A stretch of DNA of 61,217 bases, from positions 1-61,217 of the forward strand of contig JAWABQ010000003.1 in the NCBI GenBank assembly GCA_038884575.1. The letters run 5' to 3'. The notes beneath the pieces were generated by a model. That model saw only the letters and a program-made list of their open reading frames with translations, was not told the DNA's origin and searched no databases. The first letter of the stretch is position 1; each line of letters opens with the position of its first letter. Of the stretch, positions 1-7,770 are shown piece after piece. A program made the translations under genes and the position numbers. This stretch comes from Candidatus Woesearchaeota archaeon (GTDB lineage: Archaea > Nanobdellota > Nanobdellia > Woesearchaeales > ARS49).

Positions 1-1023
1 GATGCTGTGGGGTGTTATCGGAAAGCGGTTGAGTTAGACCCGAAACTTGCTGCTGCGCATAATAATTTGGGTGTTGTTTTGGAGGATCAGGGCAGGTTGG
101 ATGATGCTGTGCGGTGTTATCAGAAAGCGATTGAGTTAGATCCTAAATATGCTGTTGCGCATTATAATTTGGGTGTTGTTTTGGAGAAGCAGGGTAGGTT
201 GGATGATGCTGTGCGGTGTTATCAGAAAGCGATTGAGTTAGACCCGAAACTTGCTGCTGCGCATAATAATTTGGGTGTTGTTTTGGAGAAGCAGGGTAGG
301 TTGGTTGATGCTGTGGGGTGTTATCAGAAAGCGGTTGAGTTAGACCCGAAATATGCTGGTGCGCATAATAATTTGGGTGTTGTTTTGGAGAAGCAGGGCA
401 GGTTGGATGATGCTATGCGGTGTTATCAGAAAGCGGTTGAGTTAGACCCGAAAGATGCTGTTGCGCATATTGGGTTGGGTGTTGTTCTTAGTAAGCAGGG
501 TAGGTTGGATGATGCTATGCGGTGTTATCAGAAAGCGATTGAGTTAGACCCGAAATATGCTGTTGCGCATAATAATTTGGGCGCTATCTTATGTGAGCAG
601 GGCAGGTTGGATGATGCTATGCGGTGTTATCAGAAAGCGGTTGAGTTAGACCCGAAATATGCTGGTGCGCATATTGGGTTGGGTGTTGTTCTTAGTAAGC
701 AGGGCAGGTTGGATGATGCTGTGCGGTGTTATCAGAAAGCGATTGAGTTAGACCCGAAATATGCTGTTGCGCATAATAATTTGGGTGTTGCTTTGCGCAA
801 TCAGGGCAGGTTGGATGATGCTGTTTTGTCTTTTAGGAAAGCGATTGAGTTAGACCCGAAACTTGCTGTTGCGCATTATAATTTGGGTGTTGTTTTGGAG
901 AAGCAGGGTAGGTTGGATGATGCTGTGGGGTGTTATCAGAAAGCGGTTGAGTTAGACCCGAAATATGCTGGTGCGCATAATAATTTGGGTGTTGTTTTGG
1001 AGAAGCAGGGCAGGTTGGATGAT
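1..1023 (+). repeat. Tandem 102-bp coding repeats (TPR units) with long identical stretches, phased at 1, 103, 205 and so on
   Basis: Direct reading shows strings such as gatgatgctgtgcggtgttatcagaaagcgattgagttagacccgaaa recurring every 102 bp. The last unit (about 1024-1125) is diverged. Confidence 0.9.
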
Positions 1024-1185
1024 GCTGTGCGGTGTTGCAGGAAGGCGATTGAACTTGAACCGAAAAATGCCATTTTTCATTATAACCTTAGTCTTGTTTT
1101 ATCTAAGCAGGGCAAGCATGACGAGGCAATCAATCATTATGAAATTGCTGCAGGTTTAGGAGACAAGGCTGCTGAAAAAAGCTAG
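1..1185 (+). CDS. TPR-repeat protein, 5' end cut by the window edge (about 11.5 consecutive 34-aa TPR units)
   Basis: The reading frame is open from base 1, in the same frame as listed ORF 7..1185. Successive 34-aa units of the form A(V/M)xCYQKA(I/V)ELDPKYAxAHNNLGVVLEKQGRLDD fit the TPR helix-turn-helix consensus. Confidence 0.85.
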   Translation, partial: DAVGCYRKAVELDPKLAAAHNNLGVVLEDQGRLDDAVRCYQKAIELDPKYAVAHYNLGVVLEKQGRLDDAVRCYQKAIELDPKLAAAHNNLGVVLEKQGRLVDAVGCYQKAVELDPKYAGAHNNLGVVLEKQGRLDDAMRCYQKAVELDPKDAVAHIGLGVVLSKQGRLDDAMRCYQKAIELDPKYAVAHNNLGAILCEQGRLDDAMRCYQKAVELDPKYAGAHIGLGVVLSKQGRLDDAVRCYQKAIELDPKYAVAHNNLGVALRNQGRLDDAVLSFRKAIELDPKLAVAHYNLGVVLEKQGRLDDAVGCYQKAVELDPKYAGAHNNLGVVLEKQGRLDDAVRCCRKAIELEPKNAIFHYNLSLVLSKQGKHDEAINHYEIAAGLGDKAAEKS

Positions 1186-1207
1186 CTGAATTAAAGGAGG
1201 GCGCTAA

Positions 1208-2725
1208 ATGAAGCTCGATGACCTTCGTGAGCTGGCTGATTTTGTAATGAAAGAGTCGCGCAAGGCTGAGCAGAAATGCTTGGCTAAGAAACCCAGGTAT
1301 GAGGGGGTGATGCGAGGAATAGGCTCAAATGTTGCTGCCGCCCTTGAAATGCTTGTTGCCGGCGGAGTGCTTACAGGCGGCATTTATATGCTTGCCACAA
1401 TGGGTTCAAGCGCTCCACAGCCTCCTGCTGCTTACCAAAAGCCGCCTGAGCTTTCAAGCAGGCCTGCAGGCGCAAAGCCTGATTCTGAGAAGCGGGCTGA
1501 AAAAAGCGCAAAGGAAACGCCTGTCATGCCGGCTGAGCCAGACAAAAAGCCTGCAGGGCCAATAGCCCGTCCTGTTGAGACAAAACCAAATCCTGTTGTT
1601 GAGACAAAGCCAAATCCTGTTGTTGAGACAAAGCCAAATCCTGTTGTTGAGACAAAGCCAAACCCTGTTGTTGAAAAAAATCCCGAGCCTGTTTTTCCAG
1701 ACTTTGATTTTATAAGAAAACATCTAAGAGATAAAGTTGTATCAGAGTTCGAACGAGAAAACCCGCTGTTCTTGCGGCTTATGGAAAAAATAAGGGAGGA
1801 TGAAAAAATTGTTGATATGAGGGATAAAAGTTTGGATGAATTGAGGGCTTTTGAAAAAGAGCGCACGGACTTTATCGAGTCTTATTTTTCCAGCCTGGAG
1901 AAGGAAAAGCGCATAAAGGGATGGGTCAAAAATTTCTTTGATATGATTGGCGGGCAGAATGATGCTGCCAATTGCGAGACTGCGATTTATTCAAACCGGC
2001 AGAGATATTATGTTGAATTGCTTGATGGTTCGCTGTGCGAGTTTTCATTGAGCATTAATATCTGGGAGAACAAGTCCCGTGTTGATTTTTTATACACGCG
2101 CTATTTAGATTTGCACCATTTAAGGGAGGCGGATGATAAAATAGAGGGCATTCCGGGTATGAGAGTGCCCGATTCTGGGAACAAGACCAACAAAAAGTCT
2201 GTTGAGAAAAAAATAAACCCTATTGAAAGCAGGCCTTACGTGGAGTTTGTCAGGGTGAACTTCCCCAAGTATTCGTGCAGGATTCCCAAGAGCGAGGCTG
2301 ATGCGCTTGCCCGCCTGCAGAACAAATACGATGCCTTTTCCAGCACTGAAAATGACGAGGGCGACACTTATGTTGACTATCTTGGATTTTACAGCAAACA
2401 CCTTGAGAAAATTCCTGATGAGGTATATAAGTTTTCACACCTGAAGACGCTTAACCTTGACTGGAATGAGCTTCAGTCTGCTGACGGCCTTGAAAAAATC
2501 GCGAGCCTGAAATACCTTGATGTCAGTCATAACAGGTTCAGGAGCCTTGAGAGCTTTTGTGCAATACCGAATCTGGAAGTGCTTGACGCAAGGGGCAACC
2601 CCTTTGACTCCAAAACCCTGCCTGAGGAAAAACAGAAGCTGGTGAAAAAAGGAGTCAGGGTCATATTGTCAGATGATGATTATGCGCAGTATCTCAGGGA
2701 AAAGCCAAAAGCTTTCCGGAAATAG
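1208..2725 (+). CDS. Membrane-anchored protein with a proline-rich PNPVVETK stalk and C-terminal leucine-rich repeats
   Basis: GGAGG lies 10 nt upstream of the ATG. It has an N-terminal hydrophobic segment (VAAALEMLVAGGVLTGGIYMLA) and a 4x ETKPNPVV stalk. The C-terminus LKTLNLDWNELQSADGLEKIASLKYLDVSHNRFRSLESFCAIPNLEVLDARGNPF fits the LRR pattern LxxLxLxxN. Confidence 0.7.
   Translation: MKLDDLRELADFVMKESRKAEQKCLAKKPRYEGVMRGIGSNVAAALEMLVAGGVLTGGIYMLATMGSSAPQPPAAYQKPPELSSRPAGAKPDSEKRAEKSAKETPVMPAEPDKKPAGPIARPVETKPNPVVETKPNPVVETKPNPVVETKPNPVVEKNPEPVFPDFDFIRKHLRDKVVSEFERENPLFLRLMEKIREDEKIVDMRDKSLDELRAFEKERTDFIESYFSSLEKEKRIKGWVKNFFDMIGGQNDAANCETAIYSNRQRYYVELLDGSLCEFSLSINIWENKSRVDFLYTRYLDLHHLREADDKIEGIPGMRVPDSGNKTNKKSVEKKINPIESRPYVEFVRVNFPKYSCRIPKSEADALARLQNKYDAFSSTENDEGDTYVDYLGFYSKHLEKIPDEVYKFSHLKTLNLDWNELQSADGLEKIASLKYLDVSHNRFRSLESFCAIPNLEVLDARGNPFDSKTLPEEKQKLVKKGVRVILSDDDYAQYLREKPKAFRK
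1577..1672 (+). repeat. 4 x 24-bp tandem repeat encoding ETKPNPVV, with a degenerate fifth unit to about 1696
   Basis: gagacaaa(a/g)ccaaa(t/c)cctgttgtt is repeated head to tail. Confidence 0.9.
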
Positions 2726-2728
2726 CGC

Positions 2729-4111
2729 TTACTTCTTTTCAAGCAAATCCCTTATTTGCCAGAAAGCCCTTTGCACAACTTCCGGAAGGGCAGGATGAAC
2801 ATGGACTGCCCCAAGGATGCCGTCAGCACCAAGCTTTCCTTTCATTGCAACAACAACCTCCTGTATCAGGATTGATGCGTCGCTTCCGAGGATGTGGCAG
2901 CCGAGAATCTCGCGCGTCTTGGGGTGGACAAGCACCTTGACAAAGCCATCCTTGTCTTCTATCGACTTGCCGTAAGCAGTATCATAATATTTGTACCTGC
3001 CAACAACGTAAGGAATCTTTTTCTCTTTCAGCTCGTCTTCTGTCATGCCAACACCCGCGATCTGGGGCGAGGAAAAGATCGCGTGAGGCATTGCGTCATA
3101 AGGCACGGGCATTTTGTGCTTTGGATTAAGAGCATTAAAAACAGCATATGATGCCTCAAGGTTTGCTGAATGCTTGAATAAAAACACTCCAGCAATGTCG
3201 CCGATTGCCCAGATGCCGGGCACGTTTGTTTCCATAAATGCATCAGTCGTGATGAATCCATTCTTGTACGTGATTATTCCTGTCTTTGCCACGTCAAGAA
3301 TGTCAGTGTTTGGAACCCTTCCTGTTGCGACTAATAGCTGCTTGCCTGAGACAATTTGCTTTTTTCCTTTTGTTTCGCACTCAACAGCAATGTTTTTGCC
3401 CTGCCTGAAAACACGAACCACGTTTGTGTCAAGCAAGACCTTGTGCTTCCTTGCAAATATTCTGGTGAATGCCTGCGCAATTTCAGAATCCTCATTCGTG
3501 AGCAACCAATTGCTGCGCTGAATAATCGTTACTTTGGTTCCCAGAGAGCCAAAGAAGTGAGCCAGTTCTGCAGCAATGTAGCCGCCACCTATTATTATGA
3601 TGCTTTCAGGCTGTTTTTTCAGCCTCATTGCCTCATCAGAAGTGATATAGCCAACTTTGTCCAGGCCTGGAATTTTTGGGATAAAAGGCCTTGTTCCTGC
3701 GCAAATGAATATTTTGTCAGCTGTGATTATGTGCTTGCCAACTTTAAGCTTCTTTTTGCCAACAAACTTTGCAGTCGCCTTGTAAACAGTGATGTTTTTT
3801 GTGTGCCTGTTTGCCTGCTCTATTTCTTTTGCTTCGGCGTCAACTGCGCTTGCCGCCCTTTTTATGATGCCCTGCCAGTCAATTCCTTCAACCTTTGCGT
3901 TTATGCCGAGCATTTGGGCGCGCTTTATTTCATCTATCACGTCCGCGCTCCTGATTAGCATCTTTGAGGGAATGCATCCGCGGTTCAGGCAGGTGCCTCC
4001 GAAAGGGCCCTGCTCAACAATTGCCACTTTCAAGCCGCGCTCTGCTGCATAAGATGAGATTATCAGCCCTGAGCCGGCGCCTATTATTATTGCATCAAAC
4101 CTCTTTTCCAT
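2729..4111 (-). CDS. Class I pyridine nucleotide-disulfide oxidoreductase (dihydrolipoyl dehydrogenase / mycothione-reductase-like)
   Basis: It has an N-terminal FAD GxGxxG (IIGAGSGL), the redox-active disulfide motif GGTCLNRGCIPSK, a second dinucleotide fold (IIGGGYIAAE), and a C-terminal HVHPALPE His-Glu motif. A TATA-like aatttatacc lies about 30 nt upstream. Confidence 0.8.
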   Translation of the reverse strand: MEKRFDAIIIGAGSGLIISSYAAERGLKVAIVEQGPFGGTCLNRGCIPSKMLIRSADVIDEIKRAQMLGINAKVEGIDWQGIIKRAASAVDAEAKEIEQANRHTKNITVYKATAKFVGKKKLKVGKHIITADKIFICAGTRPFIPKIPGLDKVGYITSDEAMRLKKQPESIIIIGGGYIAAELAHFFGSLGTKVTIIQRSNWLLTNEDSEIAQAFTRIFARKHKVLLDTNVVRVFRQGKNIAVECETKGKKQIVSGKQLLVATGRVPNTDILDVAKTGIITYKNGFITTDAFMETNVPGIWAIGDIAGVFLFKHSANLEASYAVFNALNPKHKMPVPYDAMPHAIFSSPQIAGVGMTEDELKEKKIPYVVGRYKYYDTAYGKSIEDKDGFVKVLVHPKTREILGCHILGSDASILIQEVVVAMKGKLGADGILGAVHVHPALPEVVQRAFWQIRDLLEKK

Positions 4112-4249
4112 AATGATTAATTAGAACTCAAGGTATAAATTGTTTGTGATTTAAAAAGGGGAAAAATGGAGTGCAGAAGCGTCTTGCGACGAAAAGCCAA
4201 GCAGCCCATCCGCACTCCGTTTGTTATTGTAAGATTGGTGGCAATTTTG

Positions 4250-4831
4250 TTATATAAATTTTTCGTTGTTCTTTTCTGTCTTCTTGAACTCGAATTTGTC
4301 CGCATGTTTGTCCAAAACAATGATTTTGTCTGCAACCTTTTTGAGGTCTGAACTTAGCGAGGCATGAAATGATGCGCAATGAACGTTCTTTCCGGTATGC
4401 TTGACACGGTCAATCGCATGCGCATAATCAGAGTCGCCACTAACGACGATTGCGGTATCGTATGCATCTTGCATGCAAAGCGAGAGCATTTCGGTTGCTA
4501 ATGCGACATCAACTCCCTTTTGGAACGGGCGGCCGTCTGAATGGTACCGCAACGGTCGTTCAAATACAGTAATGCCATTAGCCCTTAACATATCTATGAA
4601 GCCCTCTTTTTTCTGATAATCAGGGTGTTTTTTGTCAGGGGCGCAGTCAAAGAAATATGCCCTTACCAGTTTGTGTTCGCCTGTAAGGAAACTGATGAGC
4701 TTTGCGTAATCAATACGGTATTCTTTCTTGAACTGTTTTGCGCCTTGCATCAAGTTGTTGCCATCAATAAATATCACGATGCGTTCAATATGCGGATACA
4801 CTTTGAAATGACTATTGCCACTAAAACCCAT
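4250..4831 (-). CDS. NYN/LabA-like (DUF88) domain protein, predicted RNase fold
   Basis: VIFIDGNNL, GVDVALATEML and VVSGDSDYAHAI match the acidic-residue pattern of the LabA-like NYN family. Confidence 0.65.
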   Translation of the reverse strand: MGFSGNSHFKVYPHIERIVIFIDGNNLMQGAKQFKKEYRIDYAKLISFLTGEHKLVRAYFFDCAPDKKHPDYQKKEGFIDMLRANGITVFERPLRYHSDGRPFQKGVDVALATEMLSLCMQDAYDTAIVVSGDSDYAHAIDRVKHTGKNVHCASFHASLSSDLKKVADKIIVLDKHADKFEFKKTEKNNEKFI

Positions 4832-5014
4832 ATCGTGCGCCTTTATTTGCTTGTTTTTAAACGCTGTGCAAACCTGTCCAGTGACCAGTGGCTTGATTCC
4901 TTTTTAAAGCCAAAACGATACATTTATATACTAGAGAATATATTTTAGAGGATAACAGAGACAAAAGGTAGCACAGTACAGGACAACTGGTATTGTGTTG
5001 GAAGACGAGTTCTT

Positions 5015-5060
5015 CCTGGTCTATCTTTTGTCATTGTTAAAACAAAAGATAGAAACCAGG
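5015..5060 (+). promoter_or_regulatory. Long hairpin in the putative 5' leader of the DEAD-box helicase gene
   Basis: The left arm cctggtctatcttttgt (5015-5031) pairs with the right arm acaaaagatagaaaccagg (5042-5060) with a 2-nt bulge. The loop is cattgttaaa, and the hairpin ends 25 nt before the ATG at 5086. Confidence 0.5.
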
Positions 5061-5085
5061 TATGTTGGTTTCGGAGTAAACAAAG

Positions 5086-6267
5086 ATGAAATTTGCAGAG
5101 ATGAATCTGAAGCCTCACTTTATAGAGGCACTTAAAAAACAGCAGATTACAGAGCCGACCAAAGTCCAGGAGGAGACAATTCCTGTGATGATGACGGGAA
5201 AGGACATCATAGTCCGTTCCAAGACAGGCTCAGGAAAAACAATAGCTTTCCTGCTGCCGATAATGCAGAATTTGCACCCCCAAGGCTTGCAGGCATTGAT
5301 TCTTGCGCCGACAAGGGAGCTTGCTCTGCAGACAGAGAAGGAAATAAGGAAGCTTGACAAAAGCGTCAGGTCAATCACGATTTACGGCGGGGTAAGCATT
5401 AATCCGCAGATAGAAAAACTCCAGAAAGGGGTGCAGATTGTTGTTGGGACGCCTGGAAGGATTCTTGACCATATGGAGCGTGGCACAATTGACTTTTCAG
5501 GGCTGAGGTGGGTTGTGCTTGACGAGGCAGACAGGATGCTTGACATGGGGTTCATAGAGGACGTGCACCGCATCCTCAGTGCAACGCCGAAAAGCAGGCA
5601 GACAACGCTTTTCTCCGCGACAATGCCTGCTGAAATCATAATGCTCACGCAGGACTGCATGAAGCCTGACGCGAAAAAAATCATTCTCGAGCAGGACGAA
5701 ATCACAGTCAAGAAGATACGGCAGGTTTGCTACGGGCTTGATCAGAAGGAAAAGCTCGACACGCTTGTCAAGGTTCTTCGCAGGCCTGAAGCAAGGAAAG
5801 TGATGATTTTCTGCAATACAAAAAGCTGGGCTGACTCGCTTGGCAGGATTCTCCGCAAGAAGGGGTTCCGTGTCGGCAGCCTGCATTCTGCCTTGAGCCA
5901 GCTGCGCAGGAATGTGGTGATGCAGGACTTCAAGGACGGCAGATTCAACATCCTTGTTGCGACAGATGTTGCTGCAAGGGGGTTGCATGTTGACGATGTC
6001 ACTCATGTCATCAACTACGACCTTCCTAAGAACCCAAAGGACTACATTCACAGGATTGGAAGGACAGGCAGGGCGGGTGAGGAGGGTGATGCAATCAGCT
6101 TCTGCACCCAGAAGGACGAGCCGATGCTCAAGAATATTGAGCGAGAAATCCAGATGACTTTGGACCTGCAGACGCTTACGGGCGGAAAGTTTGAGCGTGT
6201 TGAAAGGCCCCAGATAACCGCGACAGCTTCTGCTGCTGATGGTGACTGGGGAAACCTGCTTGATTGA
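5086..6267 (+). CDS. DEAD-box ATP-dependent RNA helicase
   Basis: It carries a Q-motif region (PTKVQ), motif I SKTGSGKT, PTRELA, DEAD (VLDEADRM), SAT and HRIGRTGRAG. Confidence 0.95.
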   Translation: MKFAEMNLKPHFIEALKKQQITEPTKVQEETIPVMMTGKDIIVRSKTGSGKTIAFLLPIMQNLHPQGLQALILAPTRELALQTEKEIRKLDKSVRSITIYGGVSINPQIEKLQKGVQIVVGTPGRILDHMERGTIDFSGLRWVVLDEADRMLDMGFIEDVHRILSATPKSRQTTLFSATMPAEIIMLTQDCMKPDAKKIILEQDEITVKKIRQVCYGLDQKEKLDTLVKVLRRPEARKVMIFCNTKSWADSLGRILRKKGFRVGSLHSALSQLRRNVVMQDFKDGRFNILVATDVAARGLHVDDVTHVINYDLPKNPKDYIHRIGRTGRAGEEGDAISFCTQKDEPMLKNIEREIQMTLDLQTLTGGKFERVERPQITATASAADGDWGNLLD

Positions 6268-6287
6268 TTTTTTTATTTTTCAAAATC

Positions 6288-6295
6288 TTTAAATA
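6288..6295 (+). promoter_or_regulatory. TATA box for tRNA-Val
   Basis: tttaaata is centred about 31 nt upstream of the tRNA 5' end at 6323. Confidence 0.5.
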
Positions 6296-6322
6296 CAGGG
6301 CAGAAGGAGCATTGCCATATTC

Positions 6323-6412
6323 GAGCCCGTAGTTTAGCGGCATAACGCCTCGTTGACGAGCTTTTGCAACTCAAAATCGAGGAGGTCGCCAGTTCGAATC
6401 TGGCCGGGCTCA
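6323..6412 (+). tRNA. tRNA-Val (anticodon GAC) with an 18-nt intron (6359-6376) at the canonical 37/38 position
   Basis: The acceptor stem is GAGCCCG/CGGGCTC with discriminator A. The T arm is GCCAG-TTCGAAT-CTGGC and the anticodon stem is CCTCG/CGAGG. Loop nucleotides TTGA pair with intron TCAA to form a 4-bp helix flanked by the 3-nt bulges CG|A and AA|T, a canonical BHB. No CCA is encoded. Confidence 0.85.
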
Positions 6413-6488
6413 TCAAGCGAAGCTTTCTAAATCATAAACTGCCACAAATTGGGTGGCTCCGCCACAGGGACCGGCCATAGTGGTATTT

Positions 6489-6548
6489 CTTCCATTATAG
6501 TTGGTCCTGCGACTGTAGGGAGCCTGTATTTGTATGTATTGCTTAACG
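6489..6548. repeat. Copy 1 of a roughly 60-nt intergenic motif shared with 34686..34744
   Basis: cttccattatAGttggTCcTgcgactgtaGggagccTgt here compares with cttccattatTAttggCAcCgcgactgtaAggagccAgt in copy 2. The motif lies about 20 nt upstream of the TATA box of a membrane-protein gene. Confidence 0.6.
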
Positions 6549-6599
6549 AAGTTCTTTTTAAAGCAACATTTATAAACCTGTGTAGGCAATACAGCGACG

Positions 6600-7688
6600 A
6601 TGCGGGAAGCCAGGTTTCCAAAGGATGGCGTTTTCAAGTACTTTTTCATATCATTGTTTATTGCAATTGCCGCGCTTACGTTCTGGGTGACAAAGCCATT
6701 CCTGAATGCGCTTCTTGCAAGCGCTGTTGTTGCATATGTCTTTTTTCCGGCATACCAGTGGCTGAACAGGCACATAAAGTACAAGAATGTCTGCGCAGCA
6801 ATTGTTTCAGGCTTTATCCTGCTGCTTTTTATCGGGCCGCTTTTTCTCGTGATTGAGTCTGCAGCGCCTGATGCAAGGTTTGTTTATGTCAGGGCAAAGC
6901 AGAAAATCCTGACAGGCGAGCTCATTGAGGTGAAGTGCAGTGACAGCGCGCAGAGCATTCTTTGCCGCCTTCAGGACCGCGTTAAGGAGATTGTGCAGCA
7001 GCCGGATGTGAAATACTACCTTAGTGATGTTGTCGGCAGGGTTACGACTTTTATCATGGACAAAATATCAGGGCTTGTGCTTGCACTGCCGGTTATTTTC
7101 CTTAATCTGTTCGTGACTTTTTTCGCAGTCTTTTATCTGCTCAGGGACGGAAAGGCGCTTGTGGCAAACATAAAAGGTCTTCTTCCAATTCATCCAAAGC
7201 ACAGGGAGCATATTTTCAAGCGCCTGCAGGATACTGCGCGCGCAGTCATTTTTGGCTCCCTGGTTGTTGCAGTCATTCAGGGTGTGCTTGGCGGGCTTGG
7301 CTTCCTGGTTTTCGGGGTTTCATCCCCGCTGCTCTGGGGTTTTGTGATGGCGCTTTTTGCTCTTGTGCCTTTTGTTGGAACTGCAGTAATCTGGCTGCCT
7401 GCAGGGGTGGCAATGATTGCAGCAGGCTCAACAGAAGGCAATGTTGCCGCGGTCTGGAAGGGCATTGGGCTTTTGCTCTATGGATTCTTCATAGTCTCAG
7501 GCATTGACAATGTGCTCAAGCCGATGCTCATAGGCGACCGCTCAGGCATACACCCTGTGCTCATACTTATCGGGGTCTTTGGCGGGCTTGCAATGTTCGG
7601 CTTTATCGGGTTCATAATAGGCCCGCTGATAGTTGCTATGTTCAAGGTCTTTTTGGACATTTACAAGCAGGAATACGAAGAGGTGTAA
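6600..7688 (+). CDS. AI-2E family transporter (PerM/UPF0118-like membrane protein)
   Basis: It is a multi-pass membrane protein with the C-terminal signature GIDNVLKPMLIGDRSGIHP. The TATA box atttataaa (6568-6576) sits about 26 nt upstream of the ATG. Confidence 0.75.
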   Translation: MREARFPKDGVFKYFFISLFIAIAALTFWVTKPFLNALLASAVVAYVFFPAYQWLNRHIKYKNVCAAIVSGFILLLFIGPLFLVIESAAPDARFVYVRAKQKILTGELIEVKCSDSAQSILCRLQDRVKEIVQQPDVKYYLSDVVGRVTTFIMDKISGLVLALPVIFLNLFVTFFAVFYLLRDGKALVANIKGLLPIHPKHREHIFKRLQDTARAVIFGSLVVAVIQGVLGGLGFLVFGVSSPLLWGFVMALFALVPFVGTAVIWLPAGVAMIAAGSTEGNVAAVWKGIGLLLYGFFIVSGIDNVLKPMLIGDRSGIHPVLILIGVFGGLAMFGFIGFIIGPLIVAMFKVFLDIYKQEYEEV

Positions 7689-7692
7689 TTCT

Positions 7693-7770
7693 GTGAAACT
7701 CAGAGTAAAGGACAATGAAAAAGCTGCGCTTTTTCAAGCCCTTAACTCTAAATGGAGCAATAAAAAATGA
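7693..7770 (+). other. 25-codon GTG-initiated upstream ORF that copies the first 7 codons of the downstream AMP phosphorylase gene and stops on its start codon (ATGA)
   Basis: gtgaaactcagagtaaaggac (7693-) compares with atgaaacttagagttaaggac (7767-). The uORF is in frame to the TGA at 7768-7770. Confidence 0.35.

Noticed and set aside
1-1125. A CRISPR-like regular repeat spacing.
   Set aside because: The 102-bp periodicity is contiguous (no unique spacers), in frame, and encodes TPR units. No other regularly spaced short repeats were seen in the window.
4166-4216. The inverted repeat GGAGTGC ... GCACTCC downstream of the NYN gene.
   Set aside because: It is a 7-bp stem with a 37-nt loop, and I have no supporting evidence that it acts as a terminator. 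It is likely fortuitous.
6413-6856. ORFs 6413-6784 (minus) and 6449-6856 (plus) covering the tRNA-Val / AI-2E intergenic region.
   Set aside because: They overlap each other and the AI-2E gene. The similarity between the two copies of the 60-nt motif persists through stop codons in copy 2, so the conserved signal is at the nucleotide level, not coding.
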